This document shows, in pieces, positions 53,875 through 64,000 of a stretch of 64,000 bases of DNA (the stretch's first letter is position 1; each line of letters starts with the position of its first letter). The notes below the pieces were generated by a model. The model was not told the DNA's origin. It ran no database searches and saw only the letters and a list, made by a program, of their open reading frames with translations. Location of the stretch: the NCBI GenBank assembly GCA_001949185.1, contig BDGG01000004.1, positions 2,983,267 to 3,047,266 of the forward strand. The letters are read 5' to 3'. A program made the position numbers and the translations under genes. Source of the stretch: Ramazzottius varieornatus (lineage: Eukaryota; Animalia; Tardigrada).

Positions 53875-54482
53875 TTACACATTACAATCCTTCTGATCCC
53901 GTTCTTTACGCTTCTTTTTCTTCTTCTTAGAGTGCTTCGAAGATTTTCTTTTTTCACGCTCTGTGAGGTCCTCCGGCGACCTATCACGCACAGAGTCTTT
54001 ATTTATTCTTGAATGGCATTGCGAAGATTCATTCCCACGTTTCTCTTTCCTGTGTTTCGACTTTGACTTCTCGGCTTCTAACTCCTCGGGATACAGTTCC
54101 CTGAATCCATCGTGATGCCACCTGAGTGAAAAGACAGTCTAAAAATGAACCCACTTCGATTCATTGTATAACAATTCACGCCTTACTTGTCTGGATCTGC
54201 TTCCTTACACTCTGCAAGACGGCGGAGCCACACTTTCCCTTCACGACTTTCTTCCTCGTGGTCAGAAGAGTGCCTCTTTCGTTTAGCGCGTCTTGTAGAC
54301 TCATCTCGACTGCGATAATGGCGAAAATATTTGTCTTTCCGTTCGTCTCTCTTCGTTGCGTCCTTTCTCTGAGATTCGTTACCTTTCTGGCTCCACAAGA
54401 GCTGTTCCTCCACGGCCCGGTTATGAGCAGTTACATGGCGAATGCTGTTCCACAAAAGAAGCTTCCCTCCTGGCTGTAGCAT
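53875..54482 (-). CDS. NKAPD1: NKAP domain-containing 1 (C11orf57)-like, 2 exons
   Basis: GKLLLWNSIRHVTAHNRAVEEQLLW and DPDK|WHHDGFRELYPEE match the NKAPD1 motifs (GKVLLRNVIRHTDAHN; PDRWGHSGYKELYPEE); Lys-rich tail; intron about 54122-54186. Confidence 0.85.
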
Positions 54483-55360
54483 TCGTGTTGGTTGTTCCAA
54501 CGATGGAGTTCCGCAGGACCGTACCCGTAGCTATGTCCTCCTACCCATCATCCAGAGCCGCTTGACAAGACAGTCACGACACCATCCAACAAACTCTAGC
54601 CGTAAAATGAGAGCACAAAGTGCAGACATGCGTCCAAACTACGAGAAGATGCTATGGCGCTCAACGAAACGATTCCCGAAGAATTCTTCAACTTTCGACA
54701 TCAGACCAATCAACAATCAAAACGATACAATCCTGAAATTGCGTAATCTTGGAAGCCGGAGTAAGGCTAGGCGAAGCGGTTGTCGAGTTGCTATACTACA
54801 AAGCTAAGCTGATCGCTTAGTAATTGTGTTGCCCCAAAGTTCATGCGTGACGACACAAACCCAACAAAGCGCAAGCCGGATTTAGCGAGACCCACTTGCC
54901 AAGGTTGTTCGTCATACGCACTCTTATGCCGCCGCGTACGATCGATCGACAATCGTTAAAGTGGGCGACGGATTTTCCGTCAAGAGTTACCACATTCCAC
55001 AAGCTTGCCAGTTGCCACTGCATGTGCGTCTCGGAAATCTAGCGAAACTTATGCTTGTCCATGATCTTTCGGCCCATATGTCCAGTTCTTAGGTAACAAG
55101 CGGCTCAAAACAAAAGTCCTGGTAAAGTGAAGATCTCTGCGACATCGTTCATCATCATCCAACAAGGGACGGGTTTCCCTAAGAGAAGTTATACCATATT
55201 TGCCCAGAAAACTCATCTGAGTAAGTAAAAGCTGCCGAATATGGACGTCTCCGTTATTCAGTGAACCGACGCAGTCCGCAGGATCGTTCCTCTAGCTCTC
55301 TGGTTTCCTGGTGGTCCTCTTTTTGGGAGCTTTCGTCTTTTTGCACACGTTCTCAAATTA

Positions 55361-56115
55361 AAGATGGCGGAACTGGCAGTACTAGTTTGACGCATTGGGT
55401 GTCGTCACTGATTGACTGATACATTCCACTGCTTAAACTTTGAAACACATCAGTCCCCTCGCCCTTTCTGGTCTCCCAACTGCTCCACCGAAGGCTACAA
55501 CCAACCACTTTGAAGTCTGACTTGTGAAAAGCAACCTGGAATACTGGAATATCCGCTCCCGAAATAATATTCGCTTAAAGTATTCTACTGAAATATCTCC
55601 AAATATTATTGAACGAAGAAACAGTTTTTCTCACGGACTTCGTTTTAAAACCCAACAACCTGCAAGATTTGATCCAAAAATATGAGCTTAAAATCTCTAT
55701 AACGAATGGCAACATTCGGAGAAAACTTTCGTAGTGTCGTTTGATTATCTTTTTGACGAAATTGAATTTTGATTGAATTATACCAATCTCTGTGCCCCAG
55801 TCGGTCGGTTGATTGAAGTCGCCTTTCAGCAGTAATCGATCGATATTTTGATACGATATCCGACTGGGCACCTCCCGTCTTCTGCCCAATTTTCTTTCGT
55901 TCTTTCTTGAATTAAATGACTTTCTTATGGTTACGGGAAGATTTCAATGTAAGAATTTTCAGAGAATTTCAAGCATGAAGGGCTCGATGAAGCTAAGCTG
56001 CATACCCGACATTGATGTCTGAGCAGGGAGGTGTTGAAGTCGAACAGCGTGTCCGCAGCCCGACGGCACAACAAAAAGTCAGTAAGTGTTGATAGCAAAT
56101 ACCGCAAGATGGCGC
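55361..56115 (+). promoter_or_regulatory. Two YY1-type motifs (AAGATGGCG at 55361 and 56106) in the NKAPD1/ZC3H4 divergent region
   Basis: Exact YY1/PHO core, typical of housekeeping-gene 5' ends. Confidence 0.35.
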
Positions 56116-56316
56116 CCACCTTCATTCCAAAGTCCCCAACTTAGAGCTTGTCCGTTTCTCGCTTTTTATGGAGGAGAAAATTTTAATGTTGAAAGTACGT
56201 TTATGGACCAGGCGAACAACCAGAAACCACTAGAGTCATGTAGAGAAGGTTTTGGGTCCTTTGAATATTCTGGACGTTCTACGTCGTTCACTTCTTTTTG
56301 CAGATACCAGTCCGAA

Positions 56317-59300
56317 ATGGTAGAGGAAGTGGATCTGGAAGAAGGAGAGGTCACAGAGTCGGAGGAAGAGCAGAGCGGAGAAGAAGAGAACCATCTGGTT
56401 AAAACAGCAAAATCGGCGAACCCACCGCCAAACAAACTTACAGGTTTGTTTCCCCGCTCCGGTCTGTAGGGCGTTGGAGCTGAGCAATTACTGAAGTTGT
56501 GGTTGATCGACTCCCATATTCCACAGAACCCGCAAGGACCGATAAGAAGGATTCCGCAAAACCTCGGCGCAACGAAGTTATTGCGGCCGCTATTGCCTCG
56601 GACAACAAGAAAGAACTTCCCAGAGTATGTCTATCCATTCAAACCCAAACTTATGGGAGCAACGAGAGAAAAAACAAAAAGAAGGGTGTAATTTATACAT
56701 ATCCAGGCCACGCAGCATGAACAGAGGTTGTACTAGTCTCGAGATCCAGACTTTCTATCCCCTCCTAGTAGTGCGAACAGGCGATGGCGCCAGTCCGCGA
56801 GAGACATTATGCAGTCACACTATCACAGAAACCATAGTGTATCAAATACGGAGTCAAAATCTGGACTCCGTCAAACAGGCGATCAGAGAACCAGACTCAT
56901 CTTTCTCCCTTTGACGAATGCTTTAACAGGTGTTGTGTTTAGAAACAGACTGGCGCCAGAAAGGGCGACAGAAAGCGAAATGACGACAGAGAACCTAGGG
57001 GGTTCGAGAAATCTCGGCGGAAGTCTCCCGAAGCCGACCCAGAAGCATCGTTCGAGGATGAGCTAGATGCTTACCAGAATTCGCAGCGAAGTCTTCCGCG
57101 TGGCCGTGATCGAGAACCTTTGGAATCTCGCGATACTCGCCGACGGCCATCACCGGTAAGAACTGCCGAAAAACATCAGTAAGGCTCCATGCTCTTTGTC
57201 GGCACTGTGTGGAATATTGTACCGTCGTCTTTCAGAATTCGAGAAGGCCGCGAGGTGGTCGCGCCGGAGGTCCGCGATCAAACCGTCCTCCACGAGAGTC
57301 TGCTGAAGTGAGACCCAGCCGCAAAGAGAAGAGAGTACCCTGCAAGTTCTTCCTGGAAGGACGTTGTAAGTTCGGTGATGAATGTCCCTTCAGCCATGAC
57401 GTTCTGCAGACGAAAAAGCTCGAAGCATGCAAGTTCTACGCTGGTGGTGCCTGCAATAAAGGCCCTCTTTGCGTGTACATGCACCAAGAGTTCCCCTGCA
57501 AGTTCTTCCATACCGGTCAGAAGTGCTTCTCAGGTGACAACTGCAGATTCACTCATGATCGATTGTCTGCTGATCAGAAGCTGGCGCTTGAGAATTACCT
57601 TGAGAAAGAAAACAAGTTCAAAGATGACAGACACCACCAACGAGAGAACCCTCACCGTTCTCCGCCGCTTTTGCCGCAACAGGAAGAGTACCGAGATCCC
57701 TCAAGAGCTGGACTTCTACCCACACCGCCCGATGCATCGACTAGCTTTGATAACTCTCGGAGAAGGTAAGCTCACGAAGTATGCGTTCGCAAAAACTTGA
57801 AGTTTTTAACTTTTCCGGGAGCGAAATCACATAAAGATCCGTCATTTAAGAATTAACCATAAGTTTCCTTGTTGCAGGCCGGATTTCTTCCGAGAAACCT
57901 TGCCGGATCGACGTTCTCAAGAACCGAGAGATTTCCGAGGAGCCGATCCACATATAGATCGAAATGGTGCTGGTTTTGACCGTCATCGAGATAGCTTTGA
58001 TAACCAGAGACCTGCGAATGAAGGCATGTACGGTCGTGGTCCTTCGCAAGAGCATTTCCCATTTCGTGATAACTTGCCAAGCAGCAGGCCGTATGGAGGT
58101 AAATTATCGACTAGCTTATTCTATCAGGTTTCTGTCATCTACTCCGCAGTCCGGATATGTGGATGCTTCTGATTTATATCCATATCTGGCCTTGCTTTTT
58201 GCAGATGTGCTTTCCCCTCGAGGCTCTGAGCATTCCGAAGATGCTTTTCCTAGTTCTGTTGCTCCTCAAGCTCCACGACTACTCGCCCGACTTCAACAAC
58301 GTGCCCAGCAAATGATGTTGCCGGAAAAGCCAGAAGAACCTGTGGCCAAGAAGGCGGAAGAGGAATTCGCACATCAGATGACTGTAAATGACTACCCACC
58401 GGACGAAAGCCCCGAACGACATTTAGTGATCAACGAGCCGACTAGCCAAGGTGCTTTAATTCATACTGCATACTAATGCAAAAACTCAGCTTGAAGCTCA
58501 AAACCTGGCTGACTTTTCGTTTTTTGTGTTTAACAGAGCCTCCTCCTCTTCCTCAAGGCCAAGATTCTCAATCATCGATATCACACTGGGGCGGAAGTGA
58601 TGACGAAGACGACGGTAGTGACCAGTTTCTCGCAAACTCCCTGAAGCGTCAACAAGAGCCGGTAGGAGCTCATAGACTCTTCAATACGAATCTTCTCCGC
58701 TGTATCAATCTCTGAAACCTTATTGCTTGTTTTAGAATCGTGGTCCTTGGAATCGATATGAGGGAGAGTGGCGCTCCCTGCAGGAGTTTCAGTTGTATGC
58801 TGAAGAACCTTTCATGGGTGAGCAGCTCCTCAATCGTGGAAAAGTTCTCTTGTCGGTGCCGCTCCCTCCCGAACAGTACTATCCACCGCAACAAGAATTC
58901 CTACCAGCCTATGTTCCACAAGGTCCAGAATACGGCGATCCACAGTGGGGCTATCAGGATCCACAGTTGGCCTACTACCCACCCGAGCCCTACCATGACC
59001 CGCATGCAGCATTAATTCCGCCTGTTGCTGGAGCCGTAGATCCCAGGCTGGCCCGTGCTGGTAACTTCGACTACCCTTACCCACCTCATGAACCGGAAAT
59101 AATGCATCAACACGTTCCAGCCGAACCACAGGTAAATTCCTTCGGCCTGAACGATCATCGAGTGAACCAAAATTGGGATTTTAAAAAAACTGAAGTAGCG
59201 TACCGAACAAGACAATTGAAATGTTTAACTCAGGGAGTATATAAAAGCGATATAATTTCCTAAGCTCTTTGCTGTATCTACAGATTGCTCCCACCCTGGA

Positions 59301-59802
59301 AGCGGTAATGCAAAAACTTTTGGGTGTCAGCGGATTGAGTCCCGCCATTCCACTGCGTCCAGTAGTAGCTCCAGAAATAGAAGGTTCCCTTGAGAAGAAC
59401 CCTGAGCCACCAATGTACCGACTGGAACTTTTGGTCACGCGTCCTGCCATGGACTACAATGCGGCTCTGTACCAGCGTCTTCTGGTCTTTAGATCAGCGG
59501 AGGACCTGGCAATAGATCCGCGAATAGCCAAAATAACCAAAAGTTTGACGGTTGGACCTCCACCAGCTCCCCAGTCGGCTCCTTCGGTAAGCACGGTGGT
59601 TGTTACCAAACCAATGTTCTCACTCGAGCCAACAGAGGTCGACGAGTCCAAGAAAGCTTCTCAAGACTTTGATGCCATCACTGCCATGTTAGCACAAGCT
59701 TTGAAGAAACGGGAAGCTGAAGGGGAAGGTGACAAGGCTAGTCCCGAGAAGAAAATGCGAAGGGTGGCCGCTTCTTCAGACACGGCCTATGCTATAAGCT
59801 AA
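56317..59802 (+). CDS. ZC3H4: Triple-CCCH zinc-finger protein of the ZC3H4/ZC3H6/Suppressor-of-sable family
   Basis: DLEEGEV N-terminal motif, three tandem fingers (CKFFLEGRCKFGDECPFSHD; CKFYAGGACNKGPLCVYMH; FPCKFFHTGQKCFSGDNCRFTHD), and DPRL/DPRI motifs. Some internal exons are uncertain. Confidence 0.85.
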
Positions 59803-60235
59803 CGTTGTGTGACGCCCTGAACACGTGGTTACTGTAGTATATTCTGCTACTTGCACGAACCCTTTTAGTTTGCCTCTTCCGCCGGATGGTTTCCGCGGCT
59901 CACCAAGCAAAGAGTGCGACCTGCTGTTATGTTTTATTAGTCTTTGTGGGTTGATGAAACCCTCCTTTCGGGTTGCCAATTAGCTGAGACGGTCTGGCAA
60001 AGTTATCTCGACACAGATTTTATTAAAAGTCGTTTCGTCACTTCGTAAGGTACCGTGGGCACACGAGTGTCACACCGAAGAAGCTCGCGCACCTATGGGT
60101 AAGTCCACATTCAAAATTATACGCTTGATACTACAGTTTACAGCACATAGATAAAGTCATGGGCCGATATTCACAGCTCCTTTGGCACAGATGAGATCAC
60201 TAACTTACATGATAGCATCGAGGGTTTCTCACATC

Positions 60236-60986
60236 TTATCGGACTAAGAAAAGTAGAACGGCACTCAGAAAGAGAGAAAGAAGGTGTGAAGTACTGGAGA
60301 ACTGTGTGGTTCTTGGAGAGGCGTTGCAGAGATTGCCTTTGCAGTAACAGGTGTAGACCTTCTTCGGGAAATCCACTTGGCCGACCGTCGCCGTGGTGCA
60401 TCTGCCAATGTTATCATCTGGAGGATTCGGCATGCATGTTCGCTCCGTCGAGGGAAAATCTGAAGAAACAGAAGACAATCGGTAACTCTGATCATAACCC
60501 GGCTGGAAACAGTAACGCACTCCTGCCCAAGGATCGGAAGCAGCGCGCTTACTTTCGTCGGTATCCGTTGTTTTGATACACCATCCCGTAAAACAAGGCT
60601 GAATGTTGCTCTTCCCGGTGTCCGTGTTGAATGGATCTGTCAAGAGAGTACATATACATATACACATACATATATGGAGTGAAGGTAAGAACCCCAAAGA
60701 CCTGCGACCAGGAGCACAGGCTGAAGTTATAGATAATGCAGAATTTCTGGCACACAAACCTTTACAGTCTCCTCTGTCTCCTCGTGACTTGCAAACGTAA
60801 CAATGTTGCGTCTCGGCCCCTGCAATACAATTTGATATGATAAAAAAAAAATCTTTCATAGACACCCATGTTGTGTACTGTCTACCCACGCATATTATGT
60901 AACATATTATGTAACTCACGTGATAACAATGTGTTTCCAGAGCAGATGAAAACCCAGAGGGAGACCCAAAGGTGAGTCCGCTTCAT
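60236..60986 (-). CDS. cold: GPI-anchored Ly6/uPAR three-finger protein, similar to Drosophila Coiled
   Basis: Signal peptide, CYVCKSRGDRGDCKDPF, PCFTGWCIK, RTCMPNPPDDNIGRC, KKVYTCYCKGNLCN and a hydrophobic GPI tail; 4 exons. Confidence 0.85.
60648..60675. repeat. Short (CATATA)n-like microsatellite in an intron
   Basis: gtacatatacatatacacatacatatat; a tandem catattatgtaa x2 also occurs at 60891-60914. Confidence 0.6.
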
Positions 60987-62225
60987 GATCCTGTGTTCAG
61001 TCCAGATATGATTCACAGTGGGTGAAAGGATCTCTTTTGGAGGATTTCCGGCAACGTATAGCACAACTTAGAGCGAAACTGGGGTCGTTGACAAATGAAT
61101 TCATGGAGACACCATGTAATAACGTTGTTATGGTTGATGCTTGCAGTTACACACACTATAGAAGGTTCGAGCATGACATCTGTAATTTTTATCGGCTGCA
61201 AACTTTTCCAAAAAATAGCATGGGCTGATGTGCAGCTGAAGAATAGACCAATTTCACGAAAGTAGGGAAGTAGAACAGAGAAACCGGTTTTTTCAAGTAC
61301 GACCCATTAGCACGCTGCAAACGTATAAACGTCATCGAAGAACTCAGACTCGACAGGTGTCAACTGAGCCAACGACCGTATATAAAGCACGCATGACAGC
61401 GAAGAACCTCGCGGAGAACACGATGCATGTGGCGCCATCTGCGACGTGTTTCTGCATGACTGCCCAGTGGTCAGCAGTCCTCTCTGTGACCCTTTCCGAA
61501 GGGCACAGTTCCATACTCTCGGTTGGTTGCTCCCTCAGAGAGAATCAAATCTGCATGAACTCAAGCTGGGCAGATGAATGGTACAAAGCCTCTGCATTGT
61601 TGAACAAATCGTGATTTGCTGATAGTCCATTATCGTTCGTGTGATCGTGTTGATGTCTTTTGCACTATCACGCCAGTGCATGTTGTGGTTGAAATTTATT
61701 CAACCTCATCTGGTGATGGAGATTTTGCATTCAGTTGACTCAGTTCCTGCTTGGTGGTGATATCTTCTGAGATGGTTATGAATGTGGGCTGTTGACTCAG
61801 CTTGCTTTGAAGCTTGTTTTGTAAGTCTCTGCAAAGTGCAAGAGGCGTTTGTTTTTCGACAACATCTCCGGGGAACTTTAGCACTAAGCAGATGCGGTAA
61901 ACTAAAGGAGCTGTCTATTACTCAGCATCGGTATGGTCTATGTTTACGTCTCGTATGTGCTGGTCGGAAGTGATCAGATTCCTGGCTCCGGCAGTTTGGT
62001 GATTCGGAAAATTACCACGTCAAATTATTAAGTAATCGCCTCTTACGTGTCCGTTGACGGAAAAGCAAGCTGTTTTGACAGCAAAGTACGTCGTCTAGAT
62101 GCTGTAATTATTTTCCCGCATTCTCACCGTCAGCTAATGTCACTAAGGACCATATTACGCACTTGATCGTTCGCCGATTACACCATCACAGATTATACAG
62201 TCGACCACATGAAAATTGTTTTACC

Positions 62226-63678
62226 ATGCCGATCCTGAAAAGATTCCAGATGACAAGAACGGTGGCCTACGGGAAGCGGAAAGCCAGCTGGGAGAAATGC
62301 CTCCGATACACGCTATGCTCCATAAACGTCGTTACAATGGTAAGAACTTACTGGCGTACCAATATTCATTCGATATTTTGGATTCGGTGCCAAACACCAG
62401 TGGTGGCGGGCTGTTATAAGTGGCTTGGTTTTTAGCTGGGAGGACTCGCCTTGATTGCGGTGGGAGCATGGGTAATTGTGGACAAATTTTCGCTGGAGAG
62501 CCTTGTTGGGACGAACCTGTATAACAGTGCCGGTAGGGTCTCCAGTTCAAGTCCTACAGTATTGTTTTGGCGCAGTTATTATTCTTCCGGTCATGTGCCG
62601 TGATGATTTTTCTTCTCGTTTCGACTGATAGCTTGGATACTCATCGGAACAGGATGCGCGACAGTGGCCTTATCCCTTTTCGGATGTTTTGGGGCGATGA
62701 GAGGCATCAGATGCATGTTAATGACGGTAAGGATGGACCAGATAAATTGTTTTGCCCTTGGCACCGTTATTCTGTTGTCCAACAAAAAAAATTTGCAGGC
62801 TTTGTTCGTTTACAGTATTTCACTATCCTGTTCTGCATTTTCGTAATACTGCTTTTGGGCGGTATACTGGGATTCGTCCTCCGAAGTCAGCTTGACGAAT
62901 CTATGCGACAAACGATGCACGACACCATGATAAGAGACTACGGTTTCGTCGATACTGTCAACGACGCATGGGATGCGATGCAGCAAGGGGTACTTCCGCC
63001 TTGTGAATTCACCATCAACCCGCTCCTATCGGTCTGGCTGTCTGATAAATTGACTTGACTGAAATTGTGTTTTCGTTTAGTTCGGATGCTGCGCTGTTGA
63101 CGATGGCTACAACCTGACGAACTACATCCACAGGTACGGGCAACTTCCGGGTATTGTAGGCGTTACTGTACCCATCTTCGGTTCTTTGTTCAAATAGCCG
63201 CTGGTACGAGAAGCAGGAAAGTCCTCGCCCATTGGTGCCAGAAACGTGTTGTCGAACCGTGGATATAGACGGACATTTGAGCTATGTTAACCTAACGGAA
63301 TGTCAAGGACGATATTTACCGAAGAACCCACAATACTATTGGCCAAACCCCGACTATGTTTACACTGAGGTGTGTTTCGAACTCATTTCTCTGTGAATAT
63401 TCCGAGTCTGTAATTTCCAAGGGTACTTTTTCTGTGTTTGTTGCAGCCGTGTTTAATGAAGGGCAAGGCCGGAGTGAAGGAACATGCCGTCATCCTGGGA
63501 TCCGTGGGAGTCTCAATCGCTTGCTCACTGGTAGGTCGAGAGAACTATTTGCCTTCTCCATTTAATGGTTTCGTCTGTTTGAAGGTATAGTTCAGACCAA
63601 TCTTCTTGACTTAGAGGTTGTATTTTGCAGATAGCAGGAATGATCTTCTCGATGTGCCTGTTCAAGGAAATAGCGTAA
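62226..63678 (+). CDS. Tetraspanin (CD151/TSPAN11-like), multi-exon
   Basis: Four TM helices, LFGCFGAMRGIRCML, WDAMQQGFGCCAV, VPETCC, C-terminal IAGMIFSMCLFKEIA*. Confidence 0.9.
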
Positions 63679-64000
63679 GCACATGTGTGACGAAACTGTG
63701 GTACTCCACCTTTGCTGATTCGCCGTTCTTTGCGCAAACCCCGGAACTGTATCATGTAACGCTGACGGTTTCTTTTGCAGTCGGACATGAATTTGATGAC
63801 ATGAGTTTGATGACGCATTCGCAGATGAATGGCGTCGGCCAACTGCTTGAAAGTTCCACACTTGTCAGGACCTTGACATTCCAGTAGATCTCTTACCGAA
63901 CGAGAAGTCTTCGATTCTGGAGCTTTTGCAGCCGAGCATTGTGATACTTGAATTCATCTTTTGTTATTTTGTTGTTGGATTCTGCTGACCAAAACAGTCT

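Overview
Eukaryotic, gene-dense animal DNA with many short (about 55-110 nt) GT-AG introns; no prokaryotic features, CRISPR, rRNA/tRNA or autonomous transposons were seen. The gene set (coiled-type Ly6, disco/basonuclin, Su(s)/ZC3H4) points to an invertebrate, probably an ecdysozoan; the compact architecture resembles a tardigrade genome, but this is unverified inference. I assembled 18 protein-coding genes by hand from ORF fragments and splice sites: endophilin A(-), ASNSD1(+), KIF6(+), basonuclin/disco(-), a VAMP-family R-SNARE(-), a gustatory-receptor-like 7TM protein(-), CRYL1(+), CDC6(+), ARP3(-), CWC22(+), DNAJC13/RME-8(-), MSH5(+), an intronless harmonin-like PDZ gene(-), a divergent BRD7/9-C-terminus-like gene(-), NKAPD1(-), ZC3H4/6-like(+), coiled-like Ly6(-) and a tetraspanin(+). 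Most notable: (1) the VAMP appears to splice past its TM anchor into four more exons, adding a ~150-aa Ser/Thr-rich luminal domain with N-glycosylation sequons; (2) two domain-truncated genes (bromodomain-less BRD7/9-like and intronless mini-harmonin) lie in tandem only 189 bp apart; (3) a ~50-bp-stem hairpin at 29-131 favours the minus strand through G-U pairs; (4) endophilin has 21-nt and 12-nt microexons. Homology calls come from recalled motifs, not database searches, and exon boundaries are manual.
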